DNA of 63,890 bases, counting the filler, from Octopus bimaculoides (lineage: Eukaryota), in the NCBI RefSeq assembly GCF_001194135.2. It is 4 parts of 4 records of this genome, joined end to end, with 100 filler letters (N's around TTAATTAATTAA, not from the genome) between each part and the next. Parts side by side here need not be neighbours in the genome. Positions count along the whole stretch, not along the records: positions 30,563 to 55,786 come from NC_069004.1; 3 more parts are not named here. The stretch is one strand, 5' to 3'. Both the position numbers and the translations under genes were made by a program. The notes beneath the pieces were generated by a model. It had not been told where the DNA came from. It did no database searches and saw only the letters and a list, made by a program, of their open reading frames with translations. Every line of letters starts with the position of its first letter. The stretch's first letter is position 1. Positions 38,376-49,528 of the stretch are shown here, piece by piece.

Positions 38376-38771
38376 TGTTGTTGTTGTTGTTGTTGGCACT
38401 CCGTCGCTTACGACGTCGAGGGTTCCAGTTGATCCGATCAACGGAACAGCCTGCTCGTGAAATTAACGTGCAAGTGGCTGAGCACTCCACAAACACGTGT
38501 ACCCTTAATGTAGTTCTCGGGGATATTCAGCGTGACACAGTGTAACAAGGCTGACCCTTTGAATTACAAGCACAACAGAAACAGGAAGTAAGAGTGAGAG
38601 AAAGTTGTGGTGAAAGAGTACAGCAGGGTTCGCCACTATCACCTGCCGGAGCCTCGTGGAACTTTAGGTGTTTTCGCTCAATAAACACTCACAACGCCGT
38701 GTCTGGGAATCGAAACGGCGATCCTATAACCTCGAGTCATCTGCCCTAACCACTGCGCCATTGCGCCTCCA
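38376..38771 (-). mobile_element. Full-length tRNA-derived SINE (family C) with (CAA)n tail
   Basis: Head TGGAGGCGCAATGGCGCAGTGGTTAGGGC...GTTTCGATTCCC. 3' fragments of the same family at 5505-5690 and 5795-5927. Confidence 0.85.
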
Positions 38772-39846
38772 CTTCAATATTTGTAGATATACTATATACA
38801 TAGACAAAATATTATAATTAGTAAACATATAAATGAACAGAAAAATAAAAAATGTAAATATATAAATGTAATAAATAGAAAATAAAAAAATAAAGAAATT
38901 TATAGAAATATGAAGTAAAAGCAGTTTATCTTCTGTCTGGAGGTCAAAAACATGTCTGACTGTTTTTGCTTCAAATTTTTATAAATGTTTATTAATATTT
39001 GATAAGATGAGATTCATCATCGAAACCGTTAATATTTTCTTTACATAATTTTTGAATCGTTTTATTAAATTCCTTCTTAAATTGAAATGTCTTAGATTTA
39101 CTTCTGTGCTATTTCCATCTCCATCTTTTATACATAAAAATTTGACTTGTACAGCTCCCTAATATTTTTTCAATTATATATATAGAATTGGAAATGACTG
39201 GAAATGACCAGTGCCAATGCTAGAAATAAGAGTCAGAGAACAAATTGCAGAGTGGATTGTAGGTATTTGACACCTATTGCCATTGGTGCTGGTCATTTCT
39301 AGTAGCCCTTAACTGTAATTATATCTTTATAATTATATACATAAAAAAAAAGAAAAAAGTAATGTTACCTANNNNNNNNNNNNNNNNNNNNNNNNNNNNN
39401 NNNNNNNNNNNNNNNNNNNNNNNNNNNNNNNNNNNNNNNNNNNNNNNNNNNNNNNNNNNNNNNNNNNNNNNNNNNNNNNNNNNNNNNNNNNNNNNNNNNN
39501 NNNNNNNNNNNNNNNNNNNNNNNNNNNNNNNNNNNNNNNNNNNNNNNNNNNNNNNNNNNNNNNNNNNNNNNNNNNNNNNNNNNNNNNNNNNNNNNNNNNN
39601 NNNNNNNNNNNNNNNNNNNNNNNNNNNNNNNNNNNNNNNNNNNNNNNNNNNNNNNNNNNNNNNNNNNNNNNNNNNNNNNNNNNNNNNNNNNNNNNNNNNN
39701 NNNNNNNNNNNNNNNNNNNNNNNNNNNNNNNNNNNNNNNNNNNNNNNNNNNNNNNNNNNNNNNNNNNNNNNNNNNNNNNNNNNNNNNNNNNNNNNNNNNN
39801 NNNNNNNNNNNNNNNNNNNTATATATATATATATATGCATATATAA

Positions 39847-39881
<35 letters not shown>

Positions 39882-40517
39882 TATAGTGAAAGAGAGAGAG
39901 AGAGAAATGATGTCTGCTCAACGTTCACGCCGAGCAGCTAATGTACGCCTGACGCCGTTTGTCTGTTATAACCTACGTTTCTTTCTGTTATCTTACGACA
40001 TGAACTATAAATTATATCTTGTTTCTCTCCTTAAACTGTACTCTAAGACTCTTGAACACACCCTTTCACTGGCTTTATTACCTCTTCAACATACACACAC
40101 ACTCGCTGGCTTTATACTTCGTACGTTGACTGTAAAACTTTACTGGTCGGAATACCGGCCGTTGTGTTCACTATGTTTAAACTTGCCTGATGAGTTTGTA
40201 TATCTACGTAATATATGATGTAATATTTTTTTTTTAATTGTCCCGCGTCTTACGCGGCTTTGTTAAGGATAAGAGACCGAGTGTTTGAAGGCTACTGAAC
40301 TGGGTGAGTGTAAGACCGCTAGGCACAATAGCTTTAACTGACAATGAAATATTGAACACAAGCCAAACAATTACAATTTGTTAGCGCAAACTTATGAAAA
40401 ATCGCTTACGGTGCATGAGTATTTATGTAGAGAGGTCACATTATACCCCTTTCCTCAGTATGCATAACTCACACCTGATATGTATCTTATTTAATAACTG
40501 AGTAACCTTTAAAGGTG

Positions 40518-40870
40518 AAGGCGCATGGCTCAGTGGTTAGAGCGTCGAGCTCACAATCATGAGGTAGTGAGTTCGATTCCCGAAACCGGGCTGAGTGTTA
40601 TGTTCTTAAGCGCAAGATACCTATTTCACGTTGGTGCAATTCACTCAGCTGTAGAAATGAGTTGCGACGTCACTTGTGCCAAGCTGTATCGGCCCCTTTG
40701 CTTTTCCCTTGGATAACATCGGTAGCATGGAGAGAGGAAGCTGATATGCATGGGTGACTGCTGGTTTTCCATAAACAACCTTGCCCGGACTTGTGCCTCG
40801 GAGGATAACTTTCTAGGTGCAATCCCATGGTTATTCATGACCAAAAGGGATCTTTACTCTTTACCTTTTA
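40518..40870 (+). mobile_element. Full-length tRNA-derived SINE (family D) with TTTACC-like tail
   Basis: Head AAGGCGCATGGCTCAGTGGTTAGAGC...GAGTTCGATTCCC. Homologous copy at 50492-50789 (minus), partial copy at ~15410-15600. Confidence 0.85.
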
Positions 40871-41655
40871 ACCTTTAAGAACATTTGTTAATTATCTAAA
40901 TGTAAATTCTTCTAGAAAGATGAAAGGAATGTTAAACTTTAATCCGCTTATCAACTATTTGCTATGAGAGGATGACAACAAAACCATAGCGATGGCGCAC
41001 GACCCAGGTGGCTGATAGCGAAAACATAAAATATCATAGCAAAAAATGTGAGTTTCACATCCTGTACAGCAATTCACTTGATTGAAATATAAGCAACTAT
41101 ACAGTTAATTTGAAAGAAGGGGAAATTTAAGCACAGTAATTGTATAACGTAGTTTAAACATGATAAATTTACGATTTAATACTCTATTCCAGTGAATAGT
41201 CACAGCATTGAATAGGACGTCACTTGGCCCACTCTGAGATTCAAAACTGAATCCAGACGCTTGTCGCTTTTCAAGCAAGTATGCGATCCTTTATATTTAC
41301 ATCACATCGGAGGATTAATGAGAAACACTTGACTTCCTAGGATCTTGCTGGTCACGGAAGGGTCAGCCTTTGTTGAGGGTTTGACCTACTTTCCTGACAT
41401 TTCTTTCTCCCCTCTCTTCGTCTTTCGGTTGGCACACCAGGAGCAGCTTTCGGTCGGTATCAAAAAGGAACAATGTCACCTACACCCTTTCTTCCTCTCT
41501 GTCAGCAGAGTGCAATCCTTACTCATTCGCTACCAGCAGAATGCTCAACTACCAACAACCTGTGAGCGACAAACATACCAACACATTGTCATTGTCAACT
41601 ATGTACAATTACTGCTATCTGTCTTACTAAATATTATTCTGTCTTCTTCGGAATG

Positions 41656-41875
41656 CGGCGAGCTGGTAGAAGTGTTAGCACGCCGGGCGAAATGCTTAGC
41701 GGTATTTCATCTGCCGCTACGTTCTGAGTTCAAATTCCGCCGAGGTCGACTTTGCCTTTCATCCTTTCTGGGTCGATAAACTAAGTACCAGTTACGCACT
41801 GGAGTCGATGTAATTGACTAGTCCCCTTCCCCAAAAAATTTCAAGGCCCTGTACCTTGAGTAGAAATAATTATCC
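41656..41875 (+). mobile_element. Full-length Meta-type SINE (family B)
   Basis: GCGGCGAGCTGGTAGAAG head, Meta-like core, short ATT tail. Confidence 0.9.
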
Positions 41876-42450
41876 TGTATTCTTCGGTGTTCTTCTTCAC
41901 TTGGTATCTCCGACAAAAGAACATTATATCTCCACTTCAACAATAGTTACATCTCAACACTACAATTGTATTTACAAGAACATTTACATTTTCCTTACCA
42001 AAACCATTTTGAAATATCGGATCTCTGTGGTTATCGTCACTGCATGTCGAAATCTTAAAAACAAAAAGAATTTAATGTATCATATAAATGTAATTTTTGA
42101 CGCTGAATCCGAATTTGTTAATTATTTATTACAGAAATTTTTTTTGAAAATGTTATAGGTGTTCAAAGTTTGATAATTTTCAGAATTCTCAGCCAATCAG
42201 AAAACAGCGCGTTCGCTGCATCTTCCATCATCTGTCACAGTAGCGAGAAAGAGAGGGAGGCACCGGCATGTCAAAATATTAAACTAGCTACATGCAGTAA
42301 ACAGTGAAAAGCATTAAAAGATTCGCGAACAAATTAAATATTTAAAAGCTACGAGCAAACCAACAGGAGTTGCTAGAAATAACAGTTAAAACATTGCTTA
42401 ACACAGTTATTAGTCTAAAAAAACTCAAGAACGAATGTTTGCAATACACT

Positions 42451-42660
42451 CTAGGATAAATTATCTAGCTCATATCTCCTCCATTTAAATTCACAAAGAT
42501 ACGAGTCAACCATGGAAAGGTGTGTCCCACACTGTCGTTTGTTTCCACTCTTTAAAGATCTCCAGGTACTCTCAATTTGTTGATTACACTCGATTTGGTG
42601 GTTACACTCCTTGTGCGCATGTGCAGTATCTTTGGTTACCATAGAAACAGAGTTCTTCGC
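42451..42660 (-). mobile_element. Merlin (IS1595/ISXO2-like) transposase C-terminal remnant
   Basis: QIESTWRSLKSGNKRQCGTHLSMVDSYLCEFKWRR matches the IESxW...YLxEFxWR motif that carries the catalytic Glu. Confidence 0.75.
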
Positions 42661-42744
42661 AATCAGCTATGGAACACGTGGTGCTTCTTTGCTCAATATG
42701 CTAACAGAACTTCACGGTGATGTGAAAATACAAATTTTTATTTT

Positions 42745-43515
42745 ATCTTCAAATTGAAAGCAAGAGACAGGTTGGGTATGCAACTGGAAAAGCAGCCAAT
42801 TCTAAAACTATCCATCCAAAAGAAGAAAAGTATTCTTAATGCCTACTTCAACCAGAACAACTCCAGTGTCATCGTCAACGCTTGAAGCAGAGACTGAAAG
42901 TAAGTATCAAGAGTTCGAAAAATCAGATGAAGAATCCACACAAACAAGGAGAAAGTATAGCAAAACTGGAACTGCAACCAAGTTAATAATATCTCCCAAG
43001 TTATAAATTCAAAAAGTAACAACAGTTTGTCGACAATTATCTCAAGATGGAATCAATGTCGAGACTCCTTCTCAATCTGGTATTTACAGATCGACTATCA
43101 AGGAAGCTGTTAAACTAAAAAAGGAAATGAAGAAAACACTACATTTAGAAAACTGGTCATTGCATTTTGATGGTAAACGTATTGATGACCAAGAATGCCA
43201 AGTGCTAGTTTTAAAGAATGAACAGAGAGAAGTTAAGTTAGAAGCACTCCAATTACCAAAGGAAAAAGCCTATACTGTTGTGAAAGGAATAACAGCTGTT
43301 TTAGATGAATACAATTTTTGGAACTGTGTAAAGATGATTGTCGCTGATACAAGTGTGAACACTGGGAATAGAAATGGTATTGTCATTCTGACGCAAAGAC
43401 TGTTTGCTCAAAAGGGTTTGAAAGAACCGCAGTTTATTGGTTGTCAGCATCATATCCTTAATGGAATTCTTCGTGTTGCAATGGATAACGAACTTGGAGA
43501 AAAAAAAGTCATCTC
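42745..43515 (+). mobile_element. Decayed DDE transposase, probably a divergent hAT-superfamily type
   Basis: LHFDGK...IVADTSVNTGNRNG...GCQHHIL, i.e. first two Asp motifs plus a CxxH motif. The upstream frame is interrupted by stops. Subfamily assignment is inference. Confidence 0.65.
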
Positions 43516-43668
43516 CCAATATTGAATATGTGTGTGTATGTGTGTAGATATATGCGAGAGTGTGTAGATATATGTGAGTGTATGTGCGTGTATCTGAGTG
43601 TTGATTGTGTATAGGACAGTCGATGTGAGTGTGCCTGCTATCTGCGTATTGTGCATGTATGTGAGTGT

Positions 43669-43707
<39 letters not shown>

Positions 43708-44242
43708 CGTTCATATCTGTATGTATGTATGCATGATGTTTGTGTATGCGTAATTGTGTGTATATACACTTGAACTGTGTGGAATGAGTATTTGTGTGTG
43801 TGGGAGTCTATGTATGTGAGTATCTCTGCTGTTTGTCTATGTGCGTGTGTGTTTGTGTGTGTGTGTGTGTACGTAGTGTTCGTATATGCATAACTGTAGG
43901 CATGTGCGAATATACATGTGAATGTATGTGTGTGTGTGTGTGTGAGCGTGGGCGTTTCTGTGTGTGTGTGTGTGTGCGCGCGCGTGTGCGTGTGTGCGTG
44001 TGTGTGTGTGTGCGCGCGCGCGTATGTGTGTGCGTGAGCGTTTGTTTGTATGGTTTATGTGTGTGAGCGTTTGTGTATATGTGTGTGTGTGTGAGAGAGA
44101 GTCTGTGTGTGTGTGCATGTGTGTGTGCGTGCGCGCGCGCGCGTATGTGTGCGCGTGAGCGTTTGTGTCTATGGTTTATGTGTGTGAACGTTTGTGTATA
44201 TGTGTGTGTGTGTGAGAGAGAGAGTTTGTGTGTGTGCATGTG

Positions 44243-44274
<32 letters not shown>

Positions 44275-45330
44275 CATGTGTGTACGTAAGGAATAATTTA
44301 TGGGTGAGTGCCGTTTCCTTGAGGGAGAGTGAATTCGAAGAGATAAAGTACGTTTTCACATTGTGACGTCATCAAGGTGAGGTGTAGATCACTTGGAATG
44401 TGTCGGGGAGAGGCGGAGGTTGTGGTGGCAGCCGTGATNNNNNNNNNNNNNNNNNNNNNNNNNNNNNNNNNNNNNNNNNNNNNNNNNNNNNNNNNNNNNN
44501 NNNNNNNNNNNNNNNNNNNNNNNNNNNNNNNNNNNNNNNNNNNNNNNNNNNNNNNNNNNNNNNNNNNNNNNNNNNNNNNNNNNNNNNNNNNNNNNNNNNN
44601 NNNNNNNNNNNNNNNNNNNNNNNNNNNNNNNNNNNNNNNNNNNNNNNNNNNNNNNNNNNNNNNNNNNNNNNNNNNNNNNNNNNNNNNNNNNNNNNNNNNN
44701 NNNNNNNNNNNNNNNNNNNNNNNNNNNNNNNNNNNNNNNNNNNNNNNNNNNNNNNNNNNNNNNNNNNNNNNNNNNNNNNNNNNNNNNNNNNNNNNNNNNN
44801 NNNNNNNNNNNNNNNNNNNNNNNNNNNNNNNNNNNNNNNNNNNNNNNNNNNNNNNNNNNNNNNNNNNNNNNNNNNNNNNNNNNNNNNNNNNNNNNNNNNN
44901 NNNNNNNNNNNNNNNNNNNNNNNNNNNNNNNNNNNNNNNNNNNNNNNNNNNNNNNNNNNNNNNNNNNNNNNNNNNNNNNNNNNNNNNNNNNNNNNNNNNN
45001 NNNNNNNNNNNNNNNNNNNNNNNNNNNNNNNNNNNNNNNNNNNNNNNNNNNNNNNNNNNNNNNNNNNNNNNNNNNNNNNNNNNNNNNNNNNNNNNNNNNN
45101 NNNNNNNNNNNNNNNNNNNNNNNNNNNNNNNNNNNNNNNNNNNNNNNNNNNNNNNNNNNNNNNNNNNNNNNNNNNNNNNNNNNNNNNNNNNNNNNNNNNN
45201 NNNNNNNNNNNNNNTTATGTAAAATCACTGTTTGTCCTTTGTCCTTTCAACTATTCTTATTTCCATTGAGCACCTGTGACTAATAAAAAACAGAAGATGC
45301 TTTGAGGTTACCTACAGCTATTCGTTCTTT

Positions 45331-45624
45331 TCAGCTATCTAATACTTTCCTGGTTATTCTGGCCGTGCCAAAAAGACAAACCTTTTGTAACAGTTCTACT
45401 GGGCACTCTATTCCAATTTCCTTTATATTCCTATCCATGCCTTCTGATACTGTCCTCAAACACCCAACAATAATTGGCACTTTCTTCACCTTCTTTATTT
45501 TCCATTGCCGGTCTGTTTCATACTGGAAGGTAAGTCGGTGGTCCTGGACATGACAGACAGCGAAGGACATCTTTTCGCCTTCCTTCTTGACTATTCGTGG
45601 GTCAAAAGGGGCATGCAGCATCAA
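45331..45624 (-). mobile_element. R4/Dong-like RLE C-terminal fragment (third, older copy)
   Basis: QWKIKKVKKVPIIVGCLRTVS...LLQKVCLFGTARITRKVLDS*, homologous to the 27796-28220 C-terminus. Confidence 0.75.
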
Positions 45625-45639
45625 CTATATTGCATACAT

Positions 45640-47170
45640 GATGCACACAAAAGAATGTGGATCTTATCCCGGATCAGATCCTTCTTCTTGGAGGCAGCAT
45701 AATTCTGGTCAGGGTAGATGGAAGGAAAGCAAAGTGCAACACTTGCTTTTCAGCTAACTATTTGAAAGCCTTCTGCCCTAGACTGAAAGAAAAAGAGAGG
45801 CGGGTACCTCCTACACCAACAACAGCCACCAGAACTCCAGTGACAACAGCAGTACCATCACCATCAACAGATTCAGCCGTGGCACCACCAACACCAACAA
45901 CCATACCGACACCGAGTTTCCCCAAACACTTCTCAGCGCCCGAAGATATACCATTTCCCGATGCGGATCAGGCGGACATTACAGGTGGAGAGTCTGACCG
46001 CGATGAGGAGTGGAAGATAAAATCTAAAAAGGACAGGAAAAGAGACAGGAAGAGGAACAAACATATGGACAAACAACAGCAGTCATCATCCACACNNNNN
46101 NNNNNNNNNNNNNNNNNNNNNNNNNNNNNNNNNNNNNNNNNNNNNNNNNNNNNNNNNNNNNNNNNNNNNNNNNNNNNNNNNNNNNNNNNNNNNNNNNNNN
46201 NNNNNNNNNNNNNNNNNNNNNNNNNNNNNNNNNNNNNNNNNNNNNNNNNNNNNNNNNNNNNNNNNNNNNNNNNNNNNNNNNNNNNNNNNNNNNNNNNNNN
46301 NNNNNNNNNNNNNNNNNNNNNNNNNNNNNNNNNNNNNNNNNNNNNNNNNNNNNNNNNNNNNNNNNNNNNNNNNNNNNNNNNNNNNNNNNNNNNNNNNNNN
46401 NNNNNNNNNNNNNNNNNNNNNNNNNNNNNNNNNNNNNNNNNNNNNNNNNNNNNNNNNNNNNNNNNNNNNNNNNNNNNNNNNNNNNNNNNNNNNNNNNNNN
46501 NNNNNNNNNNNNNNNNNNNNNNNNNNNNNNNNNNNNNNNNNNNNNNNNNNNNNNNNNNNNNNNNNNNNNNNNNNNNNNNNNNNNNNNNNNNNNNNNNNNN
46601 NNNNNNNNNNNNNNNNNNNNNNNNNNNNNNNNNNNNNNNNNNNNNNNNNNNNNNNNNNNNNNNNNNGTGGTTGCCTTGGAAGCGGGGGTCACCTGCTCAA
46701 CGACCTCAGGGAACTGAATGTCGAGATGTGGTGGCCATTAGTGTGTAGTGGCGCGAAAATATAGCCGCCATTGAGCAAGTACTATTCTGCGCATGCGCAG
46801 AGGACTTCACCACCGGAAGCCCCTCGAGTTGCGCATGCGTAGTAAAACTCGTACTTAAGCAGTTACTTTCATTATCTCAGTGAGTTGAGCTGAGACCTTC
46901 TACGTAACAACACCTCGCTCCTCCACGAAGCACTTTTACACTGTTCTCTGGCAGGCATCAAGGAAGACCTTAACCTCTGATTACGCTGGAGCGCATACTC
47001 TTCCGCTTCTTGTGGAAGAGACGCGAACCGATGGTCAGGCGGTCTATCTGCTGTCAACACCCGCTGAGCATGCCGTGGTTGACGATACGCAGACATGGCT
47101 GAGGTTACGACATCTCCAGTGCTTCCTTGACGGTGAACAGGTGTGGTCGCCGTTTGCCAGACACGTATTT
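45640..47170 (+). mobile_element. Rearranged L1/Tx1-clade LINE remnant
   Basis: ORF1 with degenerate CCHC knuckle (CNTCFSANYLKAFCP) at 45640-46095. ORF2 N-terminus-like GHLLNDLRELNVE at ~46670-46745. Post-RT segment LERILFRFLWK...PMVRRSICCQHP / LRLRHLQCFLDGEQVWSPF at 46970-47170. Confidence 0.7.
46750..46860. promoter_or_regulatory. Dense cluster of E2F-, YY1-, NRF1- and ETS-like motifs within an imperfect inverted repeat
   Basis: GGCGCGAAAA 46750-59, GCCGCCATT 46764-72, CTGCGCATGCGCAG 46787-46800, ACCGGAAG 46812-19, TGCGCATGCG 46830-39. Function not shown. Confidence 0.35.
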
Positions 47171-47193
47171 CTGCAGAGCTAGTTCTTGTTATT

Positions 47194-47230
<37 letters not shown>

Positions 47231-47233
<3 letters not shown>

Positions 47234-47420
47234 GCCGGGCGAAATACATAGCAGTATTTCGTCTGATTTCACGTTCAAAGTTCAAATTCCGCCAAGGTCG
47301 ACTTTGCCTCTCAACCTTTCGGGTGGATAAATTAAGTACCAGTCAAGTAATCGACTATCCCTATCCCCTACAAATTTCAGGCCTTATGCCTATAGTAGAA
47401 AGGATTATTATTATTATTAT
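47231..47420 (+). mobile_element. Meta-type SINE (family B), flanked by (ATT)n on both sides
   Basis: Core and 3' end as in other copies. Confidence 0.85.
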
Positions 47421-48064
47421 TGCCTTAGCACAGCTTCTAACTCTGGAGTTGTACTACGATATCAGTTGTTCACTACCAGTGAACCTTATTTCTCGAGCAC
47501 CTTCCGGAGTATTCGAGCGGTTCCAAGCAGTGCTGTTTTCTGGAAGTGCTCCACCTTTATTGCAGCTCCTATTTGTCCTGTCTTTGTCCTTACATGTTTT
47601 TAGTTTATATTAACCCTTGTGGCCAATAAAACCAGAATTAATTAATTATCATTATTATGATAATTATTATTATTATTATTATTATTGTTATTATTATTCG
47701 GGACCCGGTTACGGTAAGTTCAACTCTTCTTTCTCAGTGGACAGAGACTTACAGGAAACGAATTAGCGAGCGGATCAAGTGGCATTTGTCAACAATAGGT
47801 GTTGGCGGGAGGAGGAGGCCTGAAGAGGATGGCTGATTAGATATGAGTCGATAGCGTTTAGTAAAGAGCTGACGATAAGAGAGAAATACACAAGAGGAAG
47901 AGCCAGTCAGCGAACTAGAAAAAGTAGTAAATAAAGGCATCGCGACCCATGTGCCAGCGACGAGGACAGCCATCGACAAGAATGTGCGCTGCTCGAAGCA
48001 GCCCTTGAGTCCCCTACCCTGTACAGGCTTATAAAGCACCGCCCCCATAACCGAGGTAGAACAC

Positions 48065-48272
48065 CCCTTTCTACAATAGGCACAAGGACTGAAATTTTGA
48101 GGAGGGGGATAGTCGATTACATCGACCCCAGTGTTTCACTGGTACTTAATTTATCGACCCCCGAAAGGATGAAAGGCAAAGTCGACCTCGGCGTAATTTG
48201 AACTCAGAACATCAAGGCGGATGAAATGCCGCTAAGCATTTCGTCCGGCATGCTAATGATTCTACCGGCTCT
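48065..48272 (-). mobile_element. Meta-type SINE (family B)
   Basis: Reverse complement of the family consensus. Other minus copies at 49965-50195, 32675-32800 and 28290-28380. Confidence 0.85.
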
Positions 48273-48868
48273 CTGCCTTTGGTGTGAGTGTGTTGGTGTG
48301 AGTGTGTGTGTGTGTGTGTGTGTAGAAGGCGTGTGGCTTAGTGTTTAGGATATTCGGCTCACAATCGTAAGGCCGTGAGTTCGATTTCCANNNNNNNNNN
48401 NNNNNNNNNNNNNNNNNNNNNNNNNNNNNNNNNNNNNNNNNNNNNNNNNNNNNNNNNNNNNNNNNNNNNNNNNNNNNNNNNNNNNNNNNNNNNNNNNNNN
48501 NNNNNNNNNNNNNNNNNNNNNNNNNNNNNNNNNNNNNNNNNNNNNNNNNNNNNNNNNNNNNNNNNNNNNNNNNNNNNNNNNNNNNNNNNNNNNNNNNNNN
48601 NNNNNNNNNNNNNNNNNNNNNNNNNNNNNNNNNNNNNNNNNNNNNNNNNNNNNNNNNNNNNNNNNNNNNNNNNNNNNNNNNNNNNNNNNNNNNNNNNNNN
48701 NNNNNNNNNNNNNNNNNCATATATGTATGTAGCAGTTAGTTAACTAGTAAAGATTATAGTAATATGCAATATGCACAAACACGCACCCCCACCCCACCCC
48801 CACAAACAAATTAAACAATGCCGGTGCAGAACTAGTTTGATCTTTGCATCAGTGTGACATTTAACTAT

Positions 48869-48900
<32 letters not shown>

Positions 48901-49204
48901 TTACTACTACTACTACTACAACCACCCCCGCCGCCACCGTTACTCCGTTGACTCTTCTCTCCTTCAAAGCCCTGGATGAAGCTGAAGTGAAAAGGACATT
49001 TGTTGAGAGTAAGAGAGGGAGAGATGGAGAGAGAGAGACAGAGCGATATAGAGAAAGAGAGGGAGATAGAGACAGATTGAGAGAGAAGGTGAGAGGAAGA
49101 GGGTAAGAGAGAAATTGTTCTTTTGCATGTATGTGTATGTGTGTGTAAGAAGGAATAAATAACAGGAAGGTAGATTGTATGAGAAAAATGTAAGACGAGA
49201 GATT

Positions 49205-49270
49205 GTGTGAGGAAGTGAGAGACAGAGTGTGAGGAAGTGAGAGACAGAGTGTGAGGAAGTGAGAGACAGA
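49205..49270 (+). repeat. 22-bp minisatellite, 3 copies
   Basis: GTGTGAGGAAGTGAGAGACAGA x3. Confidence 0.9.
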
Positions 49271-49355
49271 GTGTGTGTGACAAAGAGAGAGAGAGAGAGA
49301 GATCGTATAAGTGTGTGAAAGAGAGAGACTGAAAAACAAATAGTCTATAAGACAT

Positions 49356-49389
<34 letters not shown>

Positions 49390-49487
49390 NNNNNNNNNNN
49401 NNNNNNNNNNNNNNNNNNNNNNNNNNNNNNNNNNNNNNNNNNNNNNNNNNNNNNNNNNNNNNNNNNNNNNNNNNNNNNNNNNNNNNN

Positions 49488-49528
<41 letters not shown>

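Noticed and set aside
40165-40215. CCTGATGAG followed by an AT-rich stretch
   Set aside because: No GAAA or cleavage triplet, so the core is incomplete.
38700-40590. tRNA-like sequences at about 38700-38771, 40518-40590, 48320-48390 and 50720-50789
   Set aside because: They are SINE heads joined to SINE bodies and lack a complete acceptor stem, so they are not tRNA genes.
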